Source of the DNA: Lingula anatina
Lineage: Eukaryota; Animalia; Brachiopoda
DNA: 64,000 nucleotides
Reading direction: 5' to 3'
Assembly: GCA_051362555.1 (NCBI GenBank)
Contig: CM120640.1
Coordinates: 35,297,967-35,361,966 of the forward strand
The notes under the pieces are model-generated. The model ran no database searches. It saw only the letters and a program-made list of their open reading frames with translations, and was not told the origin of the DNA. The translations under genes were made by a program, and so were the position numbers. Shown piece after piece: positions 1-12,700 of this stretch. Numbering within the stretch: the stretch's first letter is position 1; every line of letters starts with the position of its first letter.

Positions 1-144
1 CTGAAAAGAATCTAGTTGTAAATATAGGTAACTGAAAGAATTAGTTGGTTTAATATTTAAAGATACCGCTTAAAGAAGAAGTGGGAGAGTCTCATCTTCA
101 TTCTATAGTTATGTAATATTATTCAAGATGTATTAAAATGTTAC

Positions 145-3100
145 CTTAAGAGTTGATGGTGTAACCCTAAGAGTAGTGCAGCCAAATTGAAACTCTCCCT
201 CACTGAAAAAAAAAGAATAACATGGAGGACCTAAGGATCAAAAATACAACATATATTTTAACTTCATTTCTATGTAATACTTCGTACAACAAATGATCAA
301 TAATACCCTTAATAACTGTGAATGTTTAACTGGTTCAAGCTCTTATTTCAGCTTGGTATAAAAATGCAAGATGTCTTATGCTACTACTACTTCTTTTACT
401 AATAATAATAATAATGGAAGGAATTAATGTTTGTTCATCAGAACTCAAATTTAGTAGATAGAATAACTTCTAATAATCACACATATCAAAAGCAATTTCA
501 TGCATAAAAAGGATAGTAACATTTAAAACTTCTACAAAAACTCAGAGAACTTTAACTTACTCTCCATCAACCAATATGACAAAAAATGGGCAGTGATATT
601 TTGAACATTTCTACAAAATTTTTGAGTACTAAACTTACTGTGCATCAACCAACTTATCCACTCTGCCCATACAAGTGGAGTAGCAGTAGTTGTAAGCAAT
701 CATGATGGAAGGATAGAGAGACTGGAAGTCCAGCACTACAACTGGGTGACTATAAAACCTGGACTCTGGCTCTAGGGTAAGTGGAATACACTCTGGGGCC
801 TTCATCTTTGCCCTCTGTTGTACACTGGGGGAGACAGCAACATAGTTCATTGGTTTGGCTAGTCTCAGCATCATCGACTCTACGCGATACTGAAAAATGA
901 TAAAAATACCTGTTGTAGCATGATCAGTGCAGGCCTGACATGTATATAAAAGATGGGTTTATACTCCTTGACTTGATAAAATATCCTCATGATACAAATA
1001 TTATTTCTAGTGTGTAATATCTTAGTTCAAAATTTCAAAAACATTTTACAACCTTCTTTCTTTTTGATTGAATTTAAAATAAAACTGCAGTCAAAAAACA
1101 ATCTTTGTCTACTTGTTACATTTAAATCAAATTAAGCATTCCTTTTTCTCCAATTATGCTACTAACCTGAGAGCCCCTTGACAGCACATGGTAGAACTCT
1201 ATACCAAACACCCTGCCAAATTCACTGGTTTTCTCAATAAGGTCCAGCTGCTGCATTATCTCAATGTTTCCTTTAGTTCTGGTTACATAGTGAGCAATAG
1301 TCCTCCATCTGAATCAATCACAATTTAGTATAATGAAGTTGCTTAATTTTATATTATTTCATTATTTACTCATTCAGTTGCACATTGATTAATTTACTTA
1401 TTTATTCACTTATCATTCTTTTGTTTCCTCAATTTAAGTTTCCTTACTTATTTTGTAAATTAATTTTTTTTGACGACAGAAATTGGCCATACTCTCCTTC
1501 AGTAATAAGATTTTATAAGTGAAAAAAAAAAAAAAACACAAAAAACATACAGCAGGACAAGTATTTATGTAAGTATTACCTGTACAAATCTGTCCTATGT
1601 CCATACCAAGCTGTCAATTGTTTAAAAGAGAAACATGGAATTCTTCTATGAAGTACATGGAATGCAATGTTCTCAAAAGAGTAGATATTCAAGGTCACCT
1701 GAAATAAAAGTTGGATGAATTAATAAGATTTGTGTTTGGAGTGTGCAACCAAATTTGATTTTTATTCTACATTCTGAAAATGATTTCATAAAACAGTAAG
1801 TAATTAAGTTAATTATAAAAATTTTGAAAACTAAGAAAAAAAAATCCACCTGAAGAACTTTGTTTGGAGAACCATGGTATAACATTTTTCTTTAGACAAA
1901 ACTGATTAGCCAATTCACGAGCAGAGACTCATTTGTTTTTGAACATACGATACCTAACTAGAACAGCAGCTAAATTTCCTTTCAATCATTAGAAATTTCA
2001 AGCCATTTTGTTTGGCATCTCATATTATGAAGCTAAATATTAAATTCAATCAGAATACTGTCATGAAATATCAGAGGTACATAATATATAGTATATCTAC
2101 CTCATGTCTAAGAATCCTCCATAAATTCAATACTATCCTCCCAGCAATGTGAATTTCAGAGTTATAATCTGCTCCCCACTCATCTTTCTCTGCACTGAAG
2201 CTACTCCTTTTGTCTTCACCTTTGATAAACAAATAATATGCAATCTGTAGTATTCAGTGAACTGTGACCAAAATCATAATTAAATGAAAATCTGGTTTTG
2301 AAAGCGTTAATTATGTTTCATTGACAGTGTCTACATAATTGTAGAATTGTTGTGAACAACTTAACTTGAGAAGCTGCTATGTTTTGAAAAAGTTGTGTCT
2401 TCATAATTATGGAATTCATTGTTGTAAACTACTATATGTGAGAACCTGGTATATGTTGAAAAGGTTCATTTTTTTTTTACTGGCAGCCTTCTTAATTGTG
2501 GAATTCATTGTTGTACATTATAATACCTGGAATTCTAGATATCAGAGAGCACAGGTTAACTTCCAGGTGGGCAGCCCTCTGCAAGAGGTACCCCCATGAC
2601 AGCATCTGGATCTCAAAACCAACCAATATGTCAGGATCCCATCTGAAAATTGGGAACAAAATAAAATTAATGTGCACTGACTATATGGAAGGAAAATAAA
2701 GTATGGTGGTTCAATTTTGTGAATAGTTTTATTAGATTAAATGTAAAGTTAAAGAAAAATGTGATGTTAATAATAGTGGTAACTGATTAAAAAAAGCCTG
2801 ACATTAAAAAAATCTATCAAATTATCTTTTATCTTACACTGGGAGTTTCTGAGAGCCTGAGAAGAAGATGCATTATTCCAGTATAAGCACACTTACTTCC
2901 TCACAAGCTCCAGAAACTTCACAAATAACTCTCTCTCATCCTTCACATAGGACGTCTCCATCAAACTGACTCCAGACTTCTGTAACAATGTCTTCTCCCT
3001 GTGGCTCAACTTCCCAGTGCTTGGGCCTGCCGCGTCCGTCGATAGTCTCCGACCTTCATCTTGCTCCAAATTGGCTGAAACTGGATCCACAATTATGACC

Positions 3101-3656
3101 CCCGTTGATGTCCTTTTCTCGGTTTCTATGGTGTCATTTAGGATGTGATAAAACACTGAACCTATGGCATCAAATTCTGGGTCTGGTCTTAGATCCCCTC
3201 TGGTCCAGATAAAAAGTTCCATGCTCATGACTGTCAGATGTTGTACCTGTAATAAAGTATATGTACTAGCTGTTTTAAAATAGATTTTGAATTTTTTTTA
3301 TTATCATCTTTGTTTTATTTCTTAAATTGACAAACAATTGACAAATTCATCAGAAATGTATATGGTTTATTTCAATTAAAAATAAATCCCTGAAAATTAC
3401 TGAAATTAACATATACAAAATATGTTTTGCAACTGGTATTTATCATCTTTATTATAATTTTGCTTGTAATTTTGTCTTAACGTATACCTCATGCACAGCT
3501 TTGGCATCTTGTAAATTCTGAAGACTGACTTTGAAGCCGTACGTGTTGTTGGGAGAAGGTCCCTCAATTTGAGAAACAATTCTCTGGTTGAGAGGGGTCC
3601 CTGCAGCATTCTGGAGTAAAACAAAAACATCATGCACACATAAAATAGCTTCAAAC

Positions 3657-3708
<52 letters not shown>

Positions 3709-6700
3709 TAGATAGATAGATAGATAGATTCAAACAAAAAAATTATATAAAGAATCATGTTCCATTTTGCCCTTGTTGAGGCAATATTACAAAGTATCAT
3801 GACACTAATATCAGCACATTCCATTAATATAAAAACTAATTGGCTTTAATGGTTTTAAAGTACTTGTCATGATCATAGAAAAGGGAAATTAAATGCTGGT
3901 CACAGATTTCAGTGATTAAAACAAATCTAAATAATGTGTAAAAATAATGGTTTACCTTCATCTGACTTGACAACAAAGTCTTTCTCAACAAGTTTTCAGT
4001 CCCAGTAGACAGACGTCTAATTCTTGACAATTTTCTCGCTGGAGTTGCTGCTGAGGTAGAGGGAGAATCATCATTTCCAGTTTTCATCTTCTTCTCACCT
4101 ACAATTGGTGTACAACTTGGGACCTCAATGTCAATAAATGAAGCCTTCTTAACTGGTGTACTGTGCTGTAAACTGGAGTCGGAATCTTCAGACACCTTTC
4201 TTTTCCTACTCTGAGGTATTGACGGAGTGCTTGTAGAAGGTGTAACATCATCTGAGAGTTTTCTTTTTCTGCTAACAGATGGCGTCGCTGTGCATGCTGA
4301 CAGAGGTGGTGACTGGTCCCACCTTGTTGGTGATTTCAATCTTGCAGGTGGGTTGGAGATCTCTTTCTCATAACTGACCATTTCTACATCTTTGCTATCT
4401 GAAAGTGTGCGTTTCAGGTAGACAATTTTCACAAAGTCTGGTTTTGATGTTTTTGGCGTAACATCTGGTCCCTTTTCATCGATTGCAATTTCACATGACT
4501 CAGATTTCTTGTCAGAGAGAGAGGTTTCCACTTTTGTACTTTCACAGGGGTCTGTACTCTTCGGAATCTTTTCTTCTTTTACATCTTGACCATAAAGCCA
4601 TCTCCTCACAGACCTGACATTTGGAGGTGGCCTACATGGAGTCATCACCACTTTAGTGTTTCCATGCAAACTTTTCTTCAGTTCAGGATTTTTCTTGATT
4701 TCATCTATCAAACTGAAGTCATCACCCTGAGACAGGAACTCTTGACCTGAGAATTTTGATGCCATTCTGAATTGCCAACCTTGTATCATGGTGATGGGTA
4801 ATTCAGTCCTATACTCTGGCAAATCTGCCACCTATAAATATCATTAAAGACAATTTATTGTGAGAAATTCAGCTACAGACACTACAGGTAATATTGTCAA
4901 GTAAAAACTGAATTTCTTACCTACATCATTTTAATACATATCTTAATAGTATAGATATAATCATTATTAATGAGAGCTACACAGATAAAAGAAAATTTCA
5001 AGCTGAGATGAAAAAGAAATATAACATCTATAAAATTTACCAGGGGTGATTGCAGTTTCAACACTCTGCCTCCAAGTTCTCTGAAAAAAATGAAAATAGA
5101 ATTTTTTTTATATTTGCCCAAGAATCAGCCATGCTCTCCCAGTTCAAAGTCAGCACCACTTCAATTTTTCAAACTACCAAAATTGCAGTTTTCATGCCTA
5201 TTTCTGACTATGGTTTATTCCAATTTTAAGGTGTACTGTCAGCTTGTATCATACTTGCTTATAAACCTAGATTTCTTTTAATGCTAACAGCCATTTTATC
5301 AATCTGATGCATGTTCTCTAAAGTACTTACTTTGGTTTTTCTGGCAAGTCCTGAGGTACGCTACAATGGGGGTCAACGACCTGTTCTTCTCCAAGATCAA
5401 AGCTGACCAAAGACTTAATGACCTCATCCCTGCTCGGTGGAAGTTTGACTGGTGTCAAAACAGTGGCAGATCTCTGTAAAGTAGGGTTGAACTCCAGTCC
5501 CTCAGAAGTGCATGCAGTATCTGTTGGCTCAGGAGCTGCTAATACCCCGAGATTATCTGCAGGTGTGTCTCTACCTTTTGTCTGGACCTCCTGTGGCATT
5601 TCACCCATTACAACACTGTTGCCCTGGTTACTTAAATCATCATTGTCCTTGTGGTCTGGTAAGTCACTGGGACTGTCAAAGCTGTCACCATACAGGTCAG
5701 GGGAGGTGACAACTTTAGCAGGCATGTCACCTTCAGGAAGATGGACATTTGGGTCCTTGTCACAGCCATTTCCCAACACATCAATTTTTCCGACATGTTC
5801 TTTTGAAATGCCACTCTCATCCTCACCATCAAAATTTAGCTGTTTTGCCTTCAGTCTATTTACAATTGAGTTGAGGTTTTTTAATCTTGGTCTTCCACGA
5901 GGACTGGAAGGAGAAACCGAGCCATTCACAGGAGAGGTGGAAATCAAAGAGGATTTGGGCAATACAGGTGTAGAATAAGATTGAGGTATTTCATGGGGAA
6001 GTTGCCTTGATTCAGTAAATTCATCTTGATCCTGAGATGGCAATTTTGCAGTTTGATCCACCTGAGTTGTAGTGTTCTGTTTAAAAGGTGTGTGATTTAC
6101 TGTTTCAGTTTCTTCAAGAAATGCATCTTTGTCACTGATTAGTGAAGAGGTATCAAAACCTGGCTCTTTGCGGGACTCAGATTTGCCCATGCTAAGATCC
6201 ATTGGCTTTGACTGTACAGTGTCTCTTGTAAAAAATTCAGCCATGCCATCTAAACTTTTGACATCAGTTTCAGAAACATTATTCCCAGGTTCAGATCTTC
6301 TGTTGGAATTGTTTGAAACTTTTTCTCTTTCTGTTGGTATATGTTCTGTAGAGTGAAACAGGTTTTTCTTTGAGGACAGTGTCTTTTCATTTACAGCTGT
6401 TAATTTGACCTGAGGGTTTTCACTTGCTGCTGAGGTCTGTGAATTGGAGTGCAGGTCTTTTTCACTGCATTTTGATTTACTGCTACATGGAGAAAGACTT
6501 CTTACAAGCACTGGAGCACTACATCTGTTTGAAGACCCTTCAGAGGCATGAGAACTTAAGAAACTATCATTACTTTCTTCACAAACTGAAGATCTGGGTG
6601 AGCAAGGTCCATCAAGAAGGCTTTCACTCATTTCAGAATTTAGGGAATGTTGACTTTCTTCATTCCCAGGAAGTTTATTGCCTTTGTCCAAAGCACCAAA

Positions 6701-9700
6701 AGTAGATGATTCACAAGAAGATTCCAAAACTACCTGAGAGTCTGTGGTGACCAATCTTTGATGATTTTTCACTTTTTCATTTGGAGTTTCTGGATACGAA
6801 ACAGAAGGCATCAATTCTGGCGGCCCATCCTCATTATCTACAGACTGCTGTGAGTCATCGGCATTTGGATCTGGTTGTGAAGGGCTTAACGTAGGTGGTG
6901 ACATCCTTGATCTCTCATACTCAGCACTGTGCTGGCTAGTCCCATCTGGTTCATCAGAAAAGCTCACCAGACTCTCATCTGTTTGTGGGACCAAGTACGG
7001 TATTGAGGAATCAATGACATCGCCAATGCTGCTATGGGTGGAATGTCTGCTCCTCTGCCCACAAGGCAGTTCTGAACTTTCACTGCTATTGGAACTTAGA
7101 GATGAAGGTGCACTTAGCCAATGTTCAGGGGATTTGCAGATGGGAAGAGATCCCTCGTAGCGAAGTGGAGAGTCCACAGTTGCGTCTATGGATGATCTTG
7201 ATTTGAGAATCTCTCTGGGTTTTCGCAGAGATACAATTGTTTTTGACAGTGACTCTGCTGATAATGTAGATACTGTACATGATTCAAAATTGTTATCACA
7301 AGTGATAGAATCTTTCAATTTGATTGCAGAAATGTGTCCATCTCTTTCGATTGTTTGTTGAGTATTGATTTTACTTTTGTCTCTGATATCATCAGTTTCT
7401 TCAGGTAAACTACACGGGGACCACGGTCTTGGAGGGCTTCGGTTCCCTTCTTCATCCACCTTTGGTGTAAAGTATGACATCTTGTACAGTACATCATCGT
7501 AAGAGGTTTGAAAATCATCTGTGGTGTCTGTATAAGAGGGCAATTTTGACACCCGAGTATCATCAGGGGGTAGCAGAGATGGCAAGACAGTCCCATCTTG
7601 ACTGTTTCTAAATTTCAGTTCAATATTATGAGCATTTCCACCTCTTTTGTTCAGCTGGTTTGTGATCACATCCCATGCGCTACTAGGTAAGTTGATATCC
7701 TTAAATTTTCCAGATGCTCCATTGTGACATTTTCGTTTTTTGTTTGAGCCATGAACAGAGGCACTGTTGGCACGGAATTTTTCTGCCGTGATGTACTTTC
7801 TTGGGATGCGACCAAGATTTTTGTGAGGAATGATCCTGGGTTTTCCAATTCCTTCCTGGTTCTGGTCCCTCAAGTTTGTTTTCTGAATAAAATCTTTAGC
7901 ATTGACAGTTTTACTTACTCCTATATGAAGTTTCTCCACTGCCACTCTCAACTCTTTCACGCCTTTGAATTTCTTTACCAGCAAAATCTTAATAGGTGTC
8001 ACTGCAGGTTTTATTGTTCTCTTACTGGTCATTTTTGAAGTTGGCCTGTTTAATTTCTTAGCAGCAGCAATTGATGTTTTCTCTCTAAAGCTACCTGAAA
8101 TTGATCCAAATTCATAAAAGTCACTATTTACACCAAACTTGAGTTTTCTTTTCCTCTTTCTTTGACTTCTGCGGGATAAAGGAATATCTTCATTTGTGAA
8201 AATTGAAGACATATCTTGTGGGTTTGGAGTTCCAACTGGGCTTTCAACTAGTTCTTCATGTTGAACAGATTCTGAGCTCCTCTCATGAATAGGGAATTCT
8301 GTCTCCTCTAAAGTAGCATTTTGTCTTGATATTGCTTCTGTAATTGGTTCCAACTTTTTCTTTTTCAGCTTTAACATGCCTTTCGTCCTACTTTTCAGGG
8401 TAGTGTTATTCCCTTTTTGTTGTAATACTGGTGGTTTTTCTATGACCTCATTGTGATCTGTTGTGGGTAAAATTATAGCAGGCCCCAGTTCAGAAGTGTC
8501 GTCTGCTCCAACCTCCACCATCTTATCTCCATTTAAAACACCACCGGGAAAAAGTTCATTGTCTAAAGAATCTTCTGTTTGCTTCAAGAGAGTAACATTG
8601 TCAGATAACAAATGAGGCTTAGACTGGTCTTCCTTAGTTTCTGTGCCCAAAATGGGTTGATCAGTAGCATCCATTTCTGGGGACAAAAATATTCTGGGAG
8701 AGTCCATCCTATTACATGTAACACTGGCAACACTCAAGTTGACATCATGAAAAATTACCCTCCCTATTTCAACCATTTTTTCTTGCGGTTCAATGTCTGT
8801 ATCATTGGATGGTGCAGATTCTTCCGACGCCACTGAGCTGGTATAATTTGCATCATCTTTATCGATGGCATCATTGATATTCTTTTCAATAATATCTATG
8901 CTGGGTATAATGTTTTTGTTCTGAGTCTCACTGACCATGCTCTCAGTCTCATCTGCTCTCTCATCCTTGTTTTCTGCTTTTGCTTTTAAATCTGGACCTT
9001 GCACAGGGGTTTCTTCATTGAAATAATCAAGTCTTTTCGCTTTTGACTCCATCACACTTCCTGAGGTTTCTTTCACTGTAGAATGTATATCTGTGTGTAC
9101 CATTTTGGTTTCAGAGCTAGAATCACACGCATGGACTTTTTTCTGAATATCTTGTCTTGACATTTTTCTCAGTTTTAGCCTCTCTTTTCCAATCTTTGAT
9201 ATGTCAAATCGAGTGACCACTTCTAAAGGCACCAAAACATTATCACAACCATTATGCATTGAGGAGGTATCACAAAAAGAGTTGAGGTGTACAAATTCGC
9301 CTGTCTTAGATCCCAGAGATACATTTTGCATAGATTTGTGATTATTATGACTCTCGGTATCATAGAAACGTTTGAGACTTGAACCCGTTTTCTGCTGCAG
9401 TGTAGGGGTTGTACTGCCATTGTCATCATCTTCTTTATGGTCAGAAAATTCTGCTGGTTCCTCAAGAGCTGTACTAAACCTTTGAGTGCTATTCAGAATC
9501 AAAGAGTTACTGTGTAAAATACTGCTGTCCCAAAGTCTTTCTGCCTGGTCCATCCCTTTACTAGTCCTTTTTCGTTTCTCTTCAAGTTTTTTCTTCAGGG
9601 ATAATTTACTCCTTTGTTTAGTTCTTGTTTGACATTCACCGTTGCTGTCCTCTCTCTGCATGTCACTTTTAGAAGGGGATATCAGATCTGTTTTAGCTTT

Positions 9701-12700
9701 TAACTTCTGAAGTTTCTTTCTTAGTTCTGTAATTTTTAATGGACTTGACTTGAAATCGGTTGAAATTTCATCCTGTGTTTCTCCCAGCAAACTGTGTTCC
9801 TGTTGCTGTTCCTTCTTTGAGTATGTGGCAAACACTTTCGGCAAAACAAGCCTGGTTGGTGAAACAGATGATGATCTGGACTTCACACTTGCCGAATCTG
9901 AGTATGGTTTCATGGGCGAGGATATGGCAGTGTCAGAGTGAAATAAATCATCGCAGCCCACGCTGTCTAAATATGGCGCATCCTCATTGTCCGACCCCAA
10001 GTCCACAGTCGTTTTATTGGGAAATGGCAATGTATTAAAATCTGAGTTTGGTGATGGACTGCCATCTCCAGAGCAAACATGAGATTTTTGAGCAAAAGTT
10101 GACAGGTTCTCCTCCCTTTGCACAATGGGATCCTTACTACTTGTATTGGTAACCACAGTCTTTTTCGGTGTAGTAAAATTTGGGAAATTTTCTGTTGGTC
10201 CTTTATAATTCATTTTTTCAGTTAATTTTTTATCTTTATTATTGCACTTGTCATCCACTGTTGCAGAATGCTTATCCTCATTAAGATCAGGAGGACTATT
10301 TGGCATAAATTCCTCATAGAGATCTTCAAAGGACTTTCTGTTCACCATTCTTGTTAGTTTGGGAGGTTCTAATTCTGCAGAGCAAACAGCTTTCTTTTTG
10401 TTTTGTAAATTACATCCATTCTTTTTGACAGGAAAATATGTTTTTACTGCTGAGCTGCTGTCTTCTTCAGCATTACATGTACCATTTTCAATCTCTCTTC
10501 CTCTGTCATCATGGAGCCTCTGTTGCAGTACAGTCCTTTGGGAATGTTTAAGGTCACTTTTTGTATCACAAACTTCAAATTTGTCAGTCTCACTTGCAGA
10601 CTTAGCATTTGGGAATTTGGCTGTGCTTTCGGCATTTTTCCTCATCGCATCAAAACTCTCCACTATATAAAGACCACTTTCACCATTGCTACTCTGACTG
10701 ATAGTCTCAGTTGGTGAATGCTGAAGAACAGTGCTTGGTGGTTGTTCTATTCGCCTGGGACTTTGGTATGGAGGTGAATTAGGTTTGGGTGAAATAAAAG
10801 GCCTCACACGACTTCTCCTTCGCTGACAAATTCTTCCAGAATTAACCTCCTTTATGCCTGTTGTGTTTGAATTTTTAATATCAGGGACAGAGACTCCTTT
10901 GTCTTCCTTCGAACAAAGAGGACCTTGTTCCTTAGATTTCTGCTCTGGAATATTCAAAGGAAGTCCAGTCTCTTCATTAGCTAGCCTTGGAGCTTGTAAA
11001 TTGAGGTTCAAATTTTTCTGTTGGGGCTTCATTTTTGTGTACTGCTCCTTTCTGAAATCATTCAACACAACATGGCACTTGTGAACAGGGAGAGGAATTT
11101 CTCCAGGAGAAAAAGAATTTCGCGTTTCTAATGATTTGCTGGCACTGATTGTATATGTCAATGGGTACTTGTTTTGACCACATGGAAGGACGGGACCTCT
11201 GGGTCCAAGTCTTTTCTTTGTTGGACCTGAAAGTACAATGGAATAGTTCATTCTTTTTTCACCATTTCTCTGTTTTCATCAACCATCCTTTATATTTCTT
11301 AAGACGTTATTCACCTCTTGCCCACCCAAACAGATATTTATCAAAAATAAGACATAAAACAAAAACTAAATTTAAAGTTTAACTTTTCAGTAGTAAACAC
11401 GTATATCAGATGATAACATTTTTGTGCTACAGTCCATATATTAACTAATTTCATCCATGAGAATGCTGAAATTTTTACTATACACAATGATCTTTACTAC
11501 AAACTGAAAAAATCAAACCAAGAAATAAATTAAAAGAATTGTATTCCAGGTAACTTCAAATCTGTAAATAATAAAGACTGACAAGAGTTGACAAATCTTC
11601 ACAGTGGAATGCCAAGGCTACTAATTAAACAAAACTAGTAAAGTCATGTTTCTATTTTGAGTTTTCAGCGGTGAAAAATTATTCATTCTTTTACCAGACA
11701 CATCACCAGGGCCATCATACTGTGGAATCTCATCTTCCTCACTATTACTGTTGGTTTTCTCCACATTTTCCATATCACAGTCCTCATCCAAACTGTCAGC
11801 AAAAAATAAAAGATTATTGTCATAAAAAATCAGATTTTCACAACCTCAACATATTTAAGATTCTACAAAATAATACAAAATAATTCAATACTCATGAATT
11901 TTTAAGGCTACTTTCTAGGAATGAACAATATTTAATGAAAATTTATAGATCAGGTATCAAATTACCTTCATAAAATCATATCAAAAGATACAAAAGGAAT
12001 GCCTGCATTGAATTAAATACATGATTCTATGCTCTCTGAGATGAGGGCTGCCTTGTTCATGATATAATACATCTGTGCACATTTGAATTAAATATAAAAT
12101 GGCAGGCGCTTTGAACAAGAGGATAATTGCACTTGTATTTTGCATACAGGCTTGCCTGTATTTTCATACACTTCGGTGTGTTCATCCTATTGTTCAAAGC
12201 GCCAGCTGTGGTATAAGTCAGTTACAACTACTCTTCGTCAAACGTATGCGACATACAAGGGCAAATTATATCTCGGCTGCGCCTTGATATAATTACACTC
12301 TTGTATGTCGCATACAGTGGACGACTCAAGTTGTAACTAGTACAAAAATCAGTGCAATGTACTGAAAACTAGAAACAACTGTTACCTCAATATTCTAATA
12401 CGATTTGTTTGTTGTCACTGACATAGTGAATTTTTTTCCCAAAATACAGACTGTTGGTTGTATAATCCCTGGTCGACATAGCATGACAGCACAAGGGAAG
12501 TCGCTGAGTTAGCTAATTTGGGGAGAAAGTTTACGCAATAATTTCTGGTTAAACTCAACCTTTTTTTTTTTTTTAGACAGGGCTCATGAAGAAGTATCTC
12601 AATTTCCATTCTTGTCATAACGTGTCCTGTAATACAACATGTTAGGTTTCAAGGCAAAATGGGGAGGGATGCTGGGGTGGCAGGATGAAGAAGTCCTGAT

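Noticed and set aside
2408-2530. Duplicated ggaattcattgttgta near a REV3L donor
   Set aside because: A small local intronic duplication with no evidence of an extra exon.
5418-11084. Many short plus-strand or alternate-frame ORFs over the giant exon (similarly over 46619-48711)
   Set aside because: These are antisense or frame shadows of real coding exons with no independent motifs or splice structure.
5327-11251. 1974-aa ORF as a stand-alone novel gene
   Set aside because: It is bounded by splice sites in phase with flanking REV3L exons; it is an internal exon.
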